A stretch of 32,000 nt of DNA from Ktedonobacterales bacterium (GTDB lineage Bacteria; Chloroflexota; Ktedonobacteria; Ktedonobacterales; JADMIN01): assembly GCA_030167145.1 (NCBI GenBank), contig CP126532.1:4230001-4262000 (forward strand), read 5' to 3'. A program made the translations under genes and the position numbers. The first letter of the stretch is position 1. Each line of letters opens with the position of its first letter. Under the pieces are notes generated by a model that made no database searches, had not been told where the DNA came from, and was given only the letters and a program-made list of their open reading frames with translations. This document shows, piece after piece, positions 15,025-22,998 of the stretch.

Positions 15025-16092
15025 TCAGGATTGTGGGCCACCCAGGTAGCGCGTCCACATTTCCGAGGCCAATTCCACGGCGTTCGCTTCGATGCCGTAG
15101 CGGGCGAAGTAGGCGCAGACGCGGGCGACATCGCGCGCTAGCAGGGGGAAGATGCCGCCGTTGTAGCGCGGGTCCACGGCCTGGGCAAAGTCTATGATGG
15201 TGATCGCGCCCTGCCAGTAGAGGATATTGTAGCCTGAGAGGTCGCCGTGGATGCGGTTGCAGGCGAGGAATAGCTCAATATTGCGCAGCACACGCGCAAA
15301 GAGCGGCCCGGCTTCGCCGGGCGGCAGGGCGACGCCTTGCAACAGAGGCGCGGCGTCGCCCTGCGCGCCGATGTATTCCATCAACACGGCGTTGCCAAGC
15401 TGCGCCAGTGGCTTCGGCACGTCCGCGCCAGCTTCGTAGAGGCGTTGCTGCGTGTCGAATTCGTAGTGGATCCACGAGGAGATCTCGGTGGCGCGTCCGC
15501 GCTCGGTCTTCTTCATCGCGCCGCGAATCTCGCGGCGGCTGCGGACCTCGTGGCCGGAGGCATCGAATTGGGCGCGGCTCTCGCGATAGATGGCGTCGTT
15601 CTTGAGGCCACGGAACATGCGCGGGCGGTAGACCTTGGCGGCGGCGTAGGGCATGTTGGTGGCGGGGTGCGCGGCGCAACAATAGACGGTGGCCTCTTTG
15701 CCGCTCTTGACCGTGTGCAGCACATCGGTGATGAGGTCGTCTTCGTAGAACTGGCTGAGCGAGGAGAGTACCCAGAGGCGGTCGCGCTGATGGGAGAGCG
15801 CCTCTGGCGCGAAGTCAGGCTTGATGCCGACGCGCTCGATTTCTTGCGCGCGCAGCCAGTTCTGGACGCTGGCGCTGCTCTCGTAGCTGACCTTGGGGAT
15901 GGATTTGGCGCGGCTGCGGTGCGCGGCGCGTCCGCGCTGGATTTTGGTCGGTTCGGTCGGTTCGGTCTCGTTGATTGCTGGTTCGTCGGGTAGCGATGTC
16001 TGGCGCGCTGTTGTGTTCACGGTCGCTCCATATAATTGCGCCGCACCGTCCGCCTGTGGATGGTGCGAGCGCATGATGGAGACCCGGAGCAT
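15025..16092 (-). CDS. RIO-type atypical serine protein kinase
   Basis: SGKEATVYCC (ATP-binding Lys), LMEYIG hinge, IHGDLSGYNILY catalytic loop and IIDFAQAV metal-binding Asp. About 100 aa of N-terminal low-complexity extension, so the start is uncertain. Confidence 0.75.
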   Translation of the reverse strand: MLRVSIMRSHHPQADGAAQLYGATVNTTARQTSLPDEPAINETEPTEPTKIQRGRAAHRSRAKSIPKVSYESSASVQNWLRAQEIERVGIKPDFAPEALSHQRDRLWVLSSLSQFYEDDLITDVLHTVKSGKEATVYCCAAHPATNMPYAAAKVYRPRMFRGLKNDAIYRESRAQFDASGHEVRSRREIRGAMKKTERGRATEISSWIHYEFDTQQRLYEAGADVPKPLAQLGNAVLMEYIGAQGDAAPLLQGVALPPGEAGPLFARVLRNIELFLACNRIHGDLSGYNILYWQGAITIIDFAQAVDPRYNGGIFPLLARDVARVCAYFARYGIEANAVELASEMWTRYLGGPQS

Positions 16093-16107
16093 GCCAGCGC
16101 CGGAAGC

Positions 16108-16184
16108 AGCGGGCGGTTAAAACCGCGCCACGGGCGTCCACCGGACGCCCCTACGGATGGCCGCGAAACCCGCCTGCGCGGGTT
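16108..16184 (+). repeat. Composite H3 + H1 + H2 module
   Basis: AGCGGGCGGTTAAAACCGCGCC (H3), then H1, TACGGATGGCCGCG and AAACCCGCCTGCGCGGGTT (H2). H3 and H2 recur at 9562-9621. Confidence 0.8.
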
Positions 16185-16213
16185 TGACAGCGACTCAACG
16201 CAATGAATATGAG

Positions 16214-16288
16214 CTATCGCGCGGAGCGAGTGCTACCGGAGTCTCCCACGTTACCTGTATCGGTTGTGATGATGGCAACCATCGTCAT
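16214..16288 (-). CDS. Candidate mini-ORF, 24 aa (MTMVAIITTDTGNVGDSGSTRSAR)
   Basis: ATG lies 9 nt after a perfect AAGGAG (16303..16298) in the gap between the propeller and RIO kinase genes. The peptide resembles the mini-ORF at 29842. No other support. Confidence 0.25.
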   Translation of the reverse strand: MTMVAIITTDTGNVGDSGSTRSAR

Positions 16289-16349
16289 GTGGAAAGGCTC
16301 CTTTCACTCGCTGGGCTGCTACGTGTAGCGGACCATGACCGCTGCCGCC

Positions 16350-16357
16350 AGTATACT
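16350..16357. promoter_or_regulatory. Palindromic -10 candidate AGTATACT upstream of mini-ORF and RIO kinase
   Basis: Third AGTATACT copy in the window, about 60 nt upstream (minus strand) of the mini-ORF SD. Confidence 0.3.
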
Positions 16358-16411
16358 CCGATGGGGCAGGAGAGCGGGTGGCAGATTTCTGTATGTTCTG
16401 GGGCGCGCCCG

Positions 16412-17677
16412 CTAGTAATTCGGGCACGCCCCCGTCGGCGAACTCGCCAGTGCGCGGTGCTCTGTCAGCGTTGAGCTATGAGCTCCTGGAATCCTAAACC
16501 ATCCCACTGCCCACTGATCGTTCATAGAGAGTGATGTAACACTCAAGAGAACGTTGCCACTGGCGCCAGAGATGTTTGGACTCGAGATGATCGACCACTG
16601 TTTACCGTCCCAGCGTTGTGTCAAAGTCTCGGTCGGCTGGTTAAGGGAGTCAAAGTAGTCCCCTACCGCCCAGAGTTGGTTCGTGCCAGACACAGCCGTG
16701 ATGCCGTTCAAGCTAGTGGAGATTCCCTCGTTCGGACTGGAGACAATGCTCCAGGCTGAGCCATCCCAATGCTCAGCCAATGTGGCATCATACCCATTGC
16801 CGGAATCATACATATAGGATCCGACTGCCCAAACATCCGTCGAAGATAATGCAGCGATACTGCTCAGATCGTTGGATGCCGATGATGAATCTGCGTTGGG
16901 GCTTGGCACGATACTCCAGGCAGAGCCATTCCAATGCATGAGAAGAGTTTGGTCCGCATTGCTGATAGTGGTATTAGTGCCTGCTACCCAAATGTCGTTA
17001 TCGGATATTACGGCCAAGGCAGTAAGGTAATCCCCATACGACGTTGGAGAAACATTGGGGCTGGGGATAATACTCCAGTTCGTTCCGTTCCAGTGTTCGA
17101 TCAGTGTTTGAGTCTCTTTCGTCGACGAATTCAGAAGATTGCCAACTGCCCAGACATCTGTCGCGGAAACTGCGGCTACTGCCGAAAATGATGCACCCTC
17201 CGATGCAATATTTGGACTGGAGACAGTGTGCCAACTCGTTCCATCCCAGTGTTCGATAAGCGGTTGGTTATACTGACCGGCATTTGCATAGTAGCCAACG
17301 GCCCACGCATCAGCCGAAGATATAGTTGCCACACCAAGAAGTTCACTAATGAGCGGCGCAGGCGTAGGATTCGGAACGTTATTCCAACTTGTCCCGTTAT
17401 AGTGCTCGATAAGACCTTGCTCGGTGTAAGATGCGGTAACAACATACCCTACGGCCCAGACATCTTGATCGGAGAGCGCTGCTACGCCTTCCAGGTAGTT
17501 GTCATCTGACGCCACATTTGGGCTGCTGACACCTTTCCATTTTACGCAGTAGGTTGTTGGGGTATGCATGAGTGGAATGCGCGCGGCGGCGGGTAGCGCA
17601 TATCCTAGTCCACCAAGCAGAGCAATGAGCGGAACGGCGAAGAGAATAGACCGGTGAGTTCGCAACACACGACGCAT
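16412..17677 (-). CDS. Secreted seven-bladed beta-propeller repeat protein
   Basis: Seven repeats of about 52 aa (D-x-WAVG ... LIEHW[DN]G[TS]xWSxVxSPN). Signal peptide MRRVLRTHRSILFAVPLIALLGG starts at the ATG at 17677, 4 nt after GAGGTG; the track ORF extends to a GTG at 17695. GC is about 50% against about 65% for the window. Confidence 0.7.
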   Translation of the reverse strand: MRRVLRTHRSILFAVPLIALLGGLGYALPAAARIPLMHTPTTYCVKWKGVSSPNVASDDNYLEGVAALSDQDVWAVGYVVTASYTEQGLIEHYNGTSWNNVPNPTPAPLISELLGVATISSADAWAVGYYANAGQYNQPLIEHWDGTSWHTVSSPNIASEGASFSAVAAVSATDVWAVGNLLNSSTKETQTLIEHWNGTNWSIIPSPNVSPTSYGDYLTALAVISDNDIWVAGTNTTISNADQTLLMHWNGSAWSIVPSPNADSSSASNDLSSIAALSSTDVWAVGSYMYDSGNGYDATLAEHWDGSAWSIVSSPNEGISTSLNGITAVSGTNQLWAVGDYFDSLNQPTETLTQRWDGKQWSIISSPNISGASGNVLLSVTSLSMNDQWAVGWFRIPGAHSSTLTEHRALASSPTGACPNY

Positions 17678-17758
17678 AGCACACCTCATCCACACACATT
17701 GTAAGGGCGTCCGGCTAATATGGGCGCGTTACACTACATCCAAGCAGCGAATAAGACG

Positions 17759-17787
17759 AGTATAGCGGGATTAGCGAGCGGCGTCAA
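17759..17787 (-). promoter_or_regulatory. Sigma-70-type promoter TTGACG-17 nt-TATACT (propeller gene)
   Basis: The minus strand reads gacTTGACGccgctcgctaatcccgcTATACT. The predicted transcription start lies about 60-75 nt upstream of the start codon. Confidence 0.55.
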
Positions 17788-17908
17788 GTCGCTCTAGCTC
17801 ATGTTCAGCGTCTGTGCATCTCGCACAGGTCGGAGACGAGACTGTGTAGCATGTGCAAGACGACGTGACGCTATGAAGCGTCAGAACGCTCGCCGTTGGC
17901 GACGGAGG

Positions 17909-19134
17909 TCAGGCGACCCAACCGTGGAGGAAGGCGACGGTGAAGAGGGCGAGCAAAGGCAGAGAGAGGTAGAGGATGATACGTTCGATGCGCGGGTCCG
18001 CGCCCCAGCGGCCCAGCAGCAGGAACAGCGGGAACACCACCAGCATGAAACGCATGTTGGAACTGAGCGCATACCAGTTGTGGGAGGGCGTCACCAGCAC
18101 CAACGCCACCATCGCCCAGCCATAGAGCACATAGCTCAGCGGCAGGCGCCGCCACAGCAGCACGGCCAGCGCGATGAAGAGCAGCGTGAAGCTGGCGTCC
18201 ACCAGAATGTGCGCCTGGTAATAGTTCGGCGTGAAGCCATTGTGGATCAGGGCAGCTCCCGCCCGTGCGAAGCCCACGATGGGTAGCTCGAAATTGCGCC
18301 CGTAGCCGCTGGCCTCCGCGTTGGTCGTGGCAGAGAAACTGCCGAGTTGCTGCTTCTGGAGCAGCGAGAAGCCGCCCAGGGCCAAGAGGGGCAGCGCCAG
18401 CGCGCCGAGGATCGCGAACAAGCTGACCAGACGCGGGCGCTCACCAGCAGCGCGCAGTCGCAGTGCATAGGCCAGATACTCGATGGCCAGCGGGACGAGC
18501 AGTAGGATGCCTACCGGACGGGTGAGCGTTGCCAGCGCGGCCAGCAGACCAGCGGGGAGCCATCCCCCCCCCGCCGCAGGCAGAGGAAAGCGCCCACGCT
18601 CAACAGCAGGAAGAGCGATTCGGTATACGACGCCGCGAAGAAGAACGCCGTAGGAAACACCGCCAGATAGAGTAGCGTGCGCTGGGCCGCCGCCCGACCC
18701 AGTTCACGCTCGGCGAGCAGGCGCACCAGCACCAGAGCAAAGAACCCGGCGACATTGGCGATGATCGCGCCGGCCACGGCGGTCGCGGCGGGGTTTTGCA
18801 GCAACGTGATCGCCAGCAGGTGTTCTAGCGCAGGGAAGAGTGGGAAGTACTGCGTTTCCCAGAGGTGCATATAGCCCTCGCGGGCGATGACCGCGTAGTT
18901 GGCGCCATCCCAGCCCAGCCACGGACGAAACAGCGCATCCCAGCCGACACGCTGGCCCGAATGCGGGGGGATGAAGAGGAAGGTTTCACCCAGATAGGTG
19001 AGGGCGGCGAAGAGCAGTCGCGTGGCGAGCCAGATGAGGGCGGCGTCGCGCCACACGCGCCGGTCGCGCAGCGCGACGTTGTGCATGCGCACCTGTGTGT
19101 CACTTGCTCGTGTCAGGAGTCCTGTCAGCGTCAT
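17909..19134 (-). pseudogene. PIG-V / Mannosyl_trans2-like polytopic membrane glycosyltransferase, reading frame broken at a G9 tract
   Basis: Track ORFs 18511..19134 and 17909..18421 are two halves of one protein. The downstream frame stays open upstream to the homopolymer and reads ..GGGWLPAGLLAALATLTRPVGILLLVPLAIEYL.., continuing the upstream ..SVGAFLCLRRGG. WDGANYAVIAREGY and FPLFPAL are PIG-V-like motifs. Confidence 0.65.
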
Positions 19135-19278
19135 TCACCCACTCCGCATTCTCTTACTATCGTGCTATGAGTATCCCGCAACTTCAAACGTATGCTAGCC
19201 CGCACTGTAACGAACTCGCGCTATTGGGCGGACTACTACCCATCACATGCTTCACATCTTCTCAAGGTACGTCTGGCG

Positions 19279-19287
19279 TGCGATACT
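19279..19287 (+). promoter_or_regulatory. Extended -10 candidate TGcGATACT (lipoate-ligase-like/ddl/HD operon)
   Basis: GGCGTGCGATACTACC lies about 50 nt upstream of the ATG at 19335. Confidence 0.3.
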
Positions 19288-19334
19288 ACCTCAGCGAGTA
19301 GGGTGGCACTGGCTCCGGCTAAAGGCGAGTGGAC

Positions 19335-20171
19335 ATGGCAACAGCACCATCACGATATGAGCGCGCGGAATGGCGGCTGATCGTGGAACATATGCCACGG
19401 ACGGCGGCATGGAATATGGCGATTGACGAGGCGATCATGGATGCGGTGGCGGTGGGGAATGCGCCACCGACACTGCGATTTTATCAGTGGGCGCCGCCGG
19501 GACTCTCGCTGGGCAAGCGCCAGCCGCTATCGGGTGTGGATCTGGCGGCGTGTGAGCGCGACGGCGTGGAGGTGGCGCGACGCGCGACGGGGGGATTCGC
19601 GATTTTGCATACCGATGAATTGACGTATAGCGTCGCCACTCTGCCGGATGATCCGCGTGCCGAAGGGGCAATACTGGATGCGTATCGCAGGCTGAGCGAA
19701 GGGCTGCTGGCGGGGCTGCATCTGCTCGGCGTCCCGGCGCGGATGAATCCGGTGGTGCCAGGCGGCGTGCATAATGCGAGCGCGGCGTGCTTTGAGATAC
19801 CATCGGCCTACGAGATCAGCATTGGGGAGCAGAAGCTGATCGGCAGCGCGCAATGCCGACCCCAGGGGCGGGTGTTGCAGCATGGGTCGCTGCCGCTTTG
19901 TGGCGATATTGCCCGCGTGGTGGCGTATCTTGCCTTTGCGAGCGAGGTCGAGCGCGCGGAACTGGCGCTGCATCTGCGCGAGCGTGCGACGACGCTGAGC
20001 GCGGCGCTGGGGCGCGATGTGCGCTTCGACGAGGCGGCGGAGGCGATGGCGCGCGGCTTTGCGAAGGCGCTGAATCTCGCGCTGACGCCAGGGATGCTGA
20101 GTGTGGCGGAACTTGCTACGGCTGAGCGATTACTGCCGGAGAAGACGATAACGGTGGGAGGAATGGTATGA
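19335..20171 (+). CDS. Lipoate-protein ligase / octanoyltransferase family (BPL_LplA_LipB catalytic domain) protein
   Basis: RRATGGFAILHTDELTYS and KLIGSAQ (catalytic Lys) motifs. ATG at 19335 (a GTG at 19329 is also open). The stop overlaps the ddl start (ATGA). Confidence 0.7.
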   Translation: MATAPSRYERAEWRLIVEHMPRTAAWNMAIDEAIMDAVAVGNAPPTLRFYQWAPPGLSLGKRQPLSGVDLAACERDGVEVARRATGGFAILHTDELTYSVATLPDDPRAEGAILDAYRRLSEGLLAGLHLLGVPARMNPVVPGGVHNASAACFEIPSAYEISIGEQKLIGSAQCRPQGRVLQHGSLPLCGDIARVVAYLAFASEVERAELALHLRERATTLSAALGRDVRFDEAAEAMARGFAKALNLALTPGMLSVAELATAERLLPEKTITVGGMV

Positions 20172-21307
20172 GCGAGAAATTGCGTGTCGGCGTGATCTTC
20201 GGCGGCCGGTCGGGCGAGCACGAGGTATCGGTAGCGTCGGCGGCGTCGGTGATGGAGGCGCTGGATAAGGAGAAGTATGAGATCGTGCCCATCGGCATCA
20301 CCGCTGAGGGCCAGTGGCTCGCGGGGGCCGATCCGCGACGGATGCTGGCGGGCGCGCCGATGCGCGAGGCGGCTGAGACGAAGAGCGCGGTACGCGAAGT
20401 GACCGTGACCGGCGACCCCACGCGCAATGGTCTGGTTCCCGCTGATGTGGCGGGCACGAACAAAGCCACGTCACAACCGCTGGACATCGTGATTCCGGTG
20501 TTGCACGGGACGTATGGCGAGGATGGCACGCTGCAGGGGCTGCTGGAGATGGCGGGGATGGCCTACGCGGGCTGTGGCGTGCTGGGGTCGGCGCTGGGGA
20601 TGGACAAGGAGAAGGCGAAGCTGGTCTTCAAGGCGGCGGGGCTGCCGGTGGTGGATTGGCTGATCGTGCGACGCCACGAAATGGCAGCGGGTGCGGAGGC
20701 GGCCTGCGCGCGGATCGAAGGGCGGTTCGCATATCCGGTCTTTGTGAAGCCGGCGAATATGGGGTCAAGCGTGGGCGTGGGCAAGGCGCACGACCGCGAG
20801 GAACTGCGGCGGGCGCTGGCGACGGCGCTGGAGTTCGACCGCAAGGCGTTGATCGAGCCGGGGGTGAATTGCCGCGAGCTGGAGTGCGGCGTGCTGGGCA
20901 ACGACCAGCCGCAGGCGAGCATCGTCGGCGAAGTGGTGTCGAGCAACGAGTTCTATGATTATCGCGCGAAGTATGTAGATAACGCTTCGCGGCTGTATCT
21001 GCCAGCGGAGATTCCGGCGGAGACGGCGGAGAGCATACGACGGATGGCGGTGGAGGCGTTTCTGGCGCTGGACCTGAGTGGGCTGGCGCGGGTGGACTTC
21101 TTTCTGGATAAGGACACGGGACAGGTCTATATCAATGAAGTGAATACGATGCCAGGGTTCACGCAGATCAGCATGTATCCGAAGCTGTGGGAGGCGTCGG
21201 GCATCCCGTATCCGGCGCTGCTGGACCGGCTGATCGAGCTAGGGCTGGAGCGCGCGGCGGATAAGCAGCGCAACCGGACGCGCTTCAACGTCGAGGAGGA
21301 GGCATGA
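20168..21307 (+). CDS. ddl: D-alanine--D-alanine ligase
   Basis: GGRSGEHEVS, LHGTYGEDGTLQGLLE, KPANMGSSVG and NEVNTMPGFT motifs. GGGAGG SD. Confidence 0.9.
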   Translation: MSEKLRVGVIFGGRSGEHEVSVASAASVMEALDKEKYEIVPIGITAEGQWLAGADPRRMLAGAPMREAAETKSAVREVTVTGDPTRNGLVPADVAGTNKATSQPLDIVIPVLHGTYGEDGTLQGLLEMAGMAYAGCGVLGSALGMDKEKAKLVFKAAGLPVVDWLIVRRHEMAAGAEAACARIEGRFAYPVFVKPANMGSSVGVGKAHDREELRRALATALEFDRKALIEPGVNCRELECGVLGNDQPQASIVGEVVSSNEFYDYRAKYVDNASRLYLPAEIPAETAESIRRMAVEAFLALDLSGLARVDFFLDKDTGQVYINEVNTMPGFTQISMYPKLWEASGIPYPALLDRLIELGLERAADKQRNRTRFNVEEEA

Positions 21308-21969
21308 GCGACGAAGGAACCATGAGCCAGCAGGAGATGCTGGCGCAGGCCGAGGCATTCGTGAAGGAGCAGCTTGCCCGCGATAGCAGCGGCCACGATT
21401 GGTGGCACATCGCGCGGGTGCGGCGTCTGGCGCGGATCATCGCTCGCGAAGAGGGCGCGGACCTGTTGGTCTGCGAGCTGGCGGCGCTGCTGCATGACGT
21501 GGCCGATGACAAGATCGCGGGTGATGAGGAGACGGGGCTGCGGACGGTGCGCGGCTGGCTGGAATCACATGGGGTGGAGAGCGATGTGGTGGAAAGGGTG
21601 ATGGAGATCATCGCGACGATGTCGTTCGGCGGCGGGAATCGCCCACCGATGCAGACGCTGGAAGGGCGGGTGGTGCAGGACGCCGACCGGCTCGATGCCA
21701 TCGGTGCGGTTGGCGTGGCGCGAGCCTTCGCGTATGGCGGCTCGCGGGGCCGCGCGCTCTACAATCCCGATGTCGCGCCGCAGGAGTACGCGAACAAGGA
21801 GCAGTATCGCGCCAACAGTGGCACGACGATCAACCACTTTTACGAGAAGCTGCTGCTGCTGAAAGAGCGCATGAATACGGAGTATGCGCGGCGTCTGGCG
21901 GAGCAGCGCCACGCCTATATGCTCGCCTTCCTCGACGAGTTCGCCGCTGAGTGGGATGGGGAACGATAA
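21304..21969 (+). CDS. HD-domain metal-dependent phosphohydrolase
   Basis: H..HD signature (WWHIARV ... LLHDVAD) and QDADRLDAIG. The start overlaps the ddl stop (ATGA). Confidence 0.8.
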   Translation: MSDEGTMSQQEMLAQAEAFVKEQLARDSSGHDWWHIARVRRLARIIAREEGADLLVCELAALLHDVADDKIAGDEETGLRTVRGWLESHGVESDVVERVMEIIATMSFGGGNRPPMQTLEGRVVQDADRLDAIGAVGVARAFAYGGSRGRALYNPDVAPQEYANKEQYRANSGTTINHFYEKLLLLKERMNTEYARRLAEQRHAYMLAFLDEFAAEWDGER

Positions 21970-22092
21970 AGGCGAATCTCGCGAGTTTTGCGGTTCCTGG
22001 CTATTGCGGGCGGAAACTGTCCACTTTTGCAGTTACACTGAGGGCAGCGGGACGCATGACAGTTCCGCAGGAGTCAGAAGAGGAAGGCCAAT

Positions 22093-22476
22093 ATGCTGGA
22101 ACGAGCGACGGTACAGGCATGGCTGGATGGGTATGTGCAGGCGTGGAAGAGCTATGACAAAGAGGCGATTGGCGCGCTGTTCAGTGAGGATGCGGTCTAC
22201 ATTGACGCGCCCTATAGCGAGCCGATACGCGGACGCGAGGCGATTGTGGCGGCGTGGCTGGCGTCGCCGGATGCGGCGGGAACCTATGATGCACACTACG
22301 AGCCAGTGGTAATCGAAGGCGACCGGGCCGTCACGAATGGGCGCAGCCGCTACTTTGAGGAGGACGGCTCGACGCCGCAAAAAGAGTTCGACAATATCTT
22401 TCTGTTGCGCTTCGATGCGCAGGGGCGCTGTGCTGAGTATCGCGAGTGGTACATGAAGCGCCCCGAAGCGGAGTAG
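22093..22476 (+). CDS. SnoaL-like / NTF2-fold protein
   Basis: 127 aa. N-terminal VQAWLDGYVQAWKSYDKEAIGALFSEDAVY is typical of SnoaL-like polyketide-cyclase-fold proteins. GAGGAAGG SD. Confidence 0.6.
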   Translation: MLERATVQAWLDGYVQAWKSYDKEAIGALFSEDAVYIDAPYSEPIRGREAIVAAWLASPDAAGTYDAHYEPVVIEGDRAVTNGRSRYFEEDGSTPQKEFDNIFLLRFDAQGRCAEYREWYMKRPEAE

Positions 22477-22494
22477 CGCGCACAGGAGAACAGC

Positions 22495-22998
22495 ATGCGA
22501 CAAGCGGATACCACAACGCTGGCGCCTTTCTACAAAGGCTGGGATCAGTATCAGCGGTTTCTTGTTGAGGCGATTGCGCCATTGACAGATGAGCAGCTTG
22601 CGCTGCGGGCTGCGCTACCGCTACGCCCGATCTGGCTGCTGGCGGCGCATATCATCGGGGCGCGTGTGGGCTGGTTTCATGATGTCATGGGTGAAGGTGA
22701 TGCGACGCTGGCGGCTTACGATCCATGGGACCAGAATGGCGCACCGCCACGCACGGCGGCTGAACTGGTGGAGGGGTTAGAGGCGACGTGGGCGATGATA
22801 CAGGATTGCCTCGACCGGTGGACGCCAGCCGCACTGGAGGACACGATCAGCCGCACACGCACCCGTTCTGGCCGCGAGACACGCGAAACGTTCACGCGCC
22901 AGTGGATTATCTGGCATGTGATCGAGCATGACCTGCATCACGGTGGTGAGCTATTTCTGACGCTGGGAATGCACGATCTGCCGACGCCAGATCTCTAG
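22495..22998 (+). CDS. DinB-family protein
   Basis: 167 aa. C-terminal WHVIEHDLHHGGEL histidine motif of the DinB superfamily. AGGAGA SD. Confidence 0.7.
   Translation: MRQADTTTLAPFYKGWDQYQRFLVEAIAPLTDEQLALRAALPLRPIWLLAAHIIGARVGWFHDVMGEGDATLAAYDPWDQNGAPPRTAAELVEGLEATWAMIQDCLDRWTPAALEDTISRTRTRSGRETRETFTRQWIIWHVIEHDLHHGGELFLTLGMHDLPTPDL

Noticed and set aside
16157-16474. 105-aa plus-strand ORF in the gap between the RIO kinase and propeller genes.
   Set aside because: It starts inside the H1/H2 repeat, runs antisense into the end of the propeller gene, and has no SD and an Arg/Cys-rich composition. The minus-strand mini-ORF is the better, though still weak, coding candidate here.
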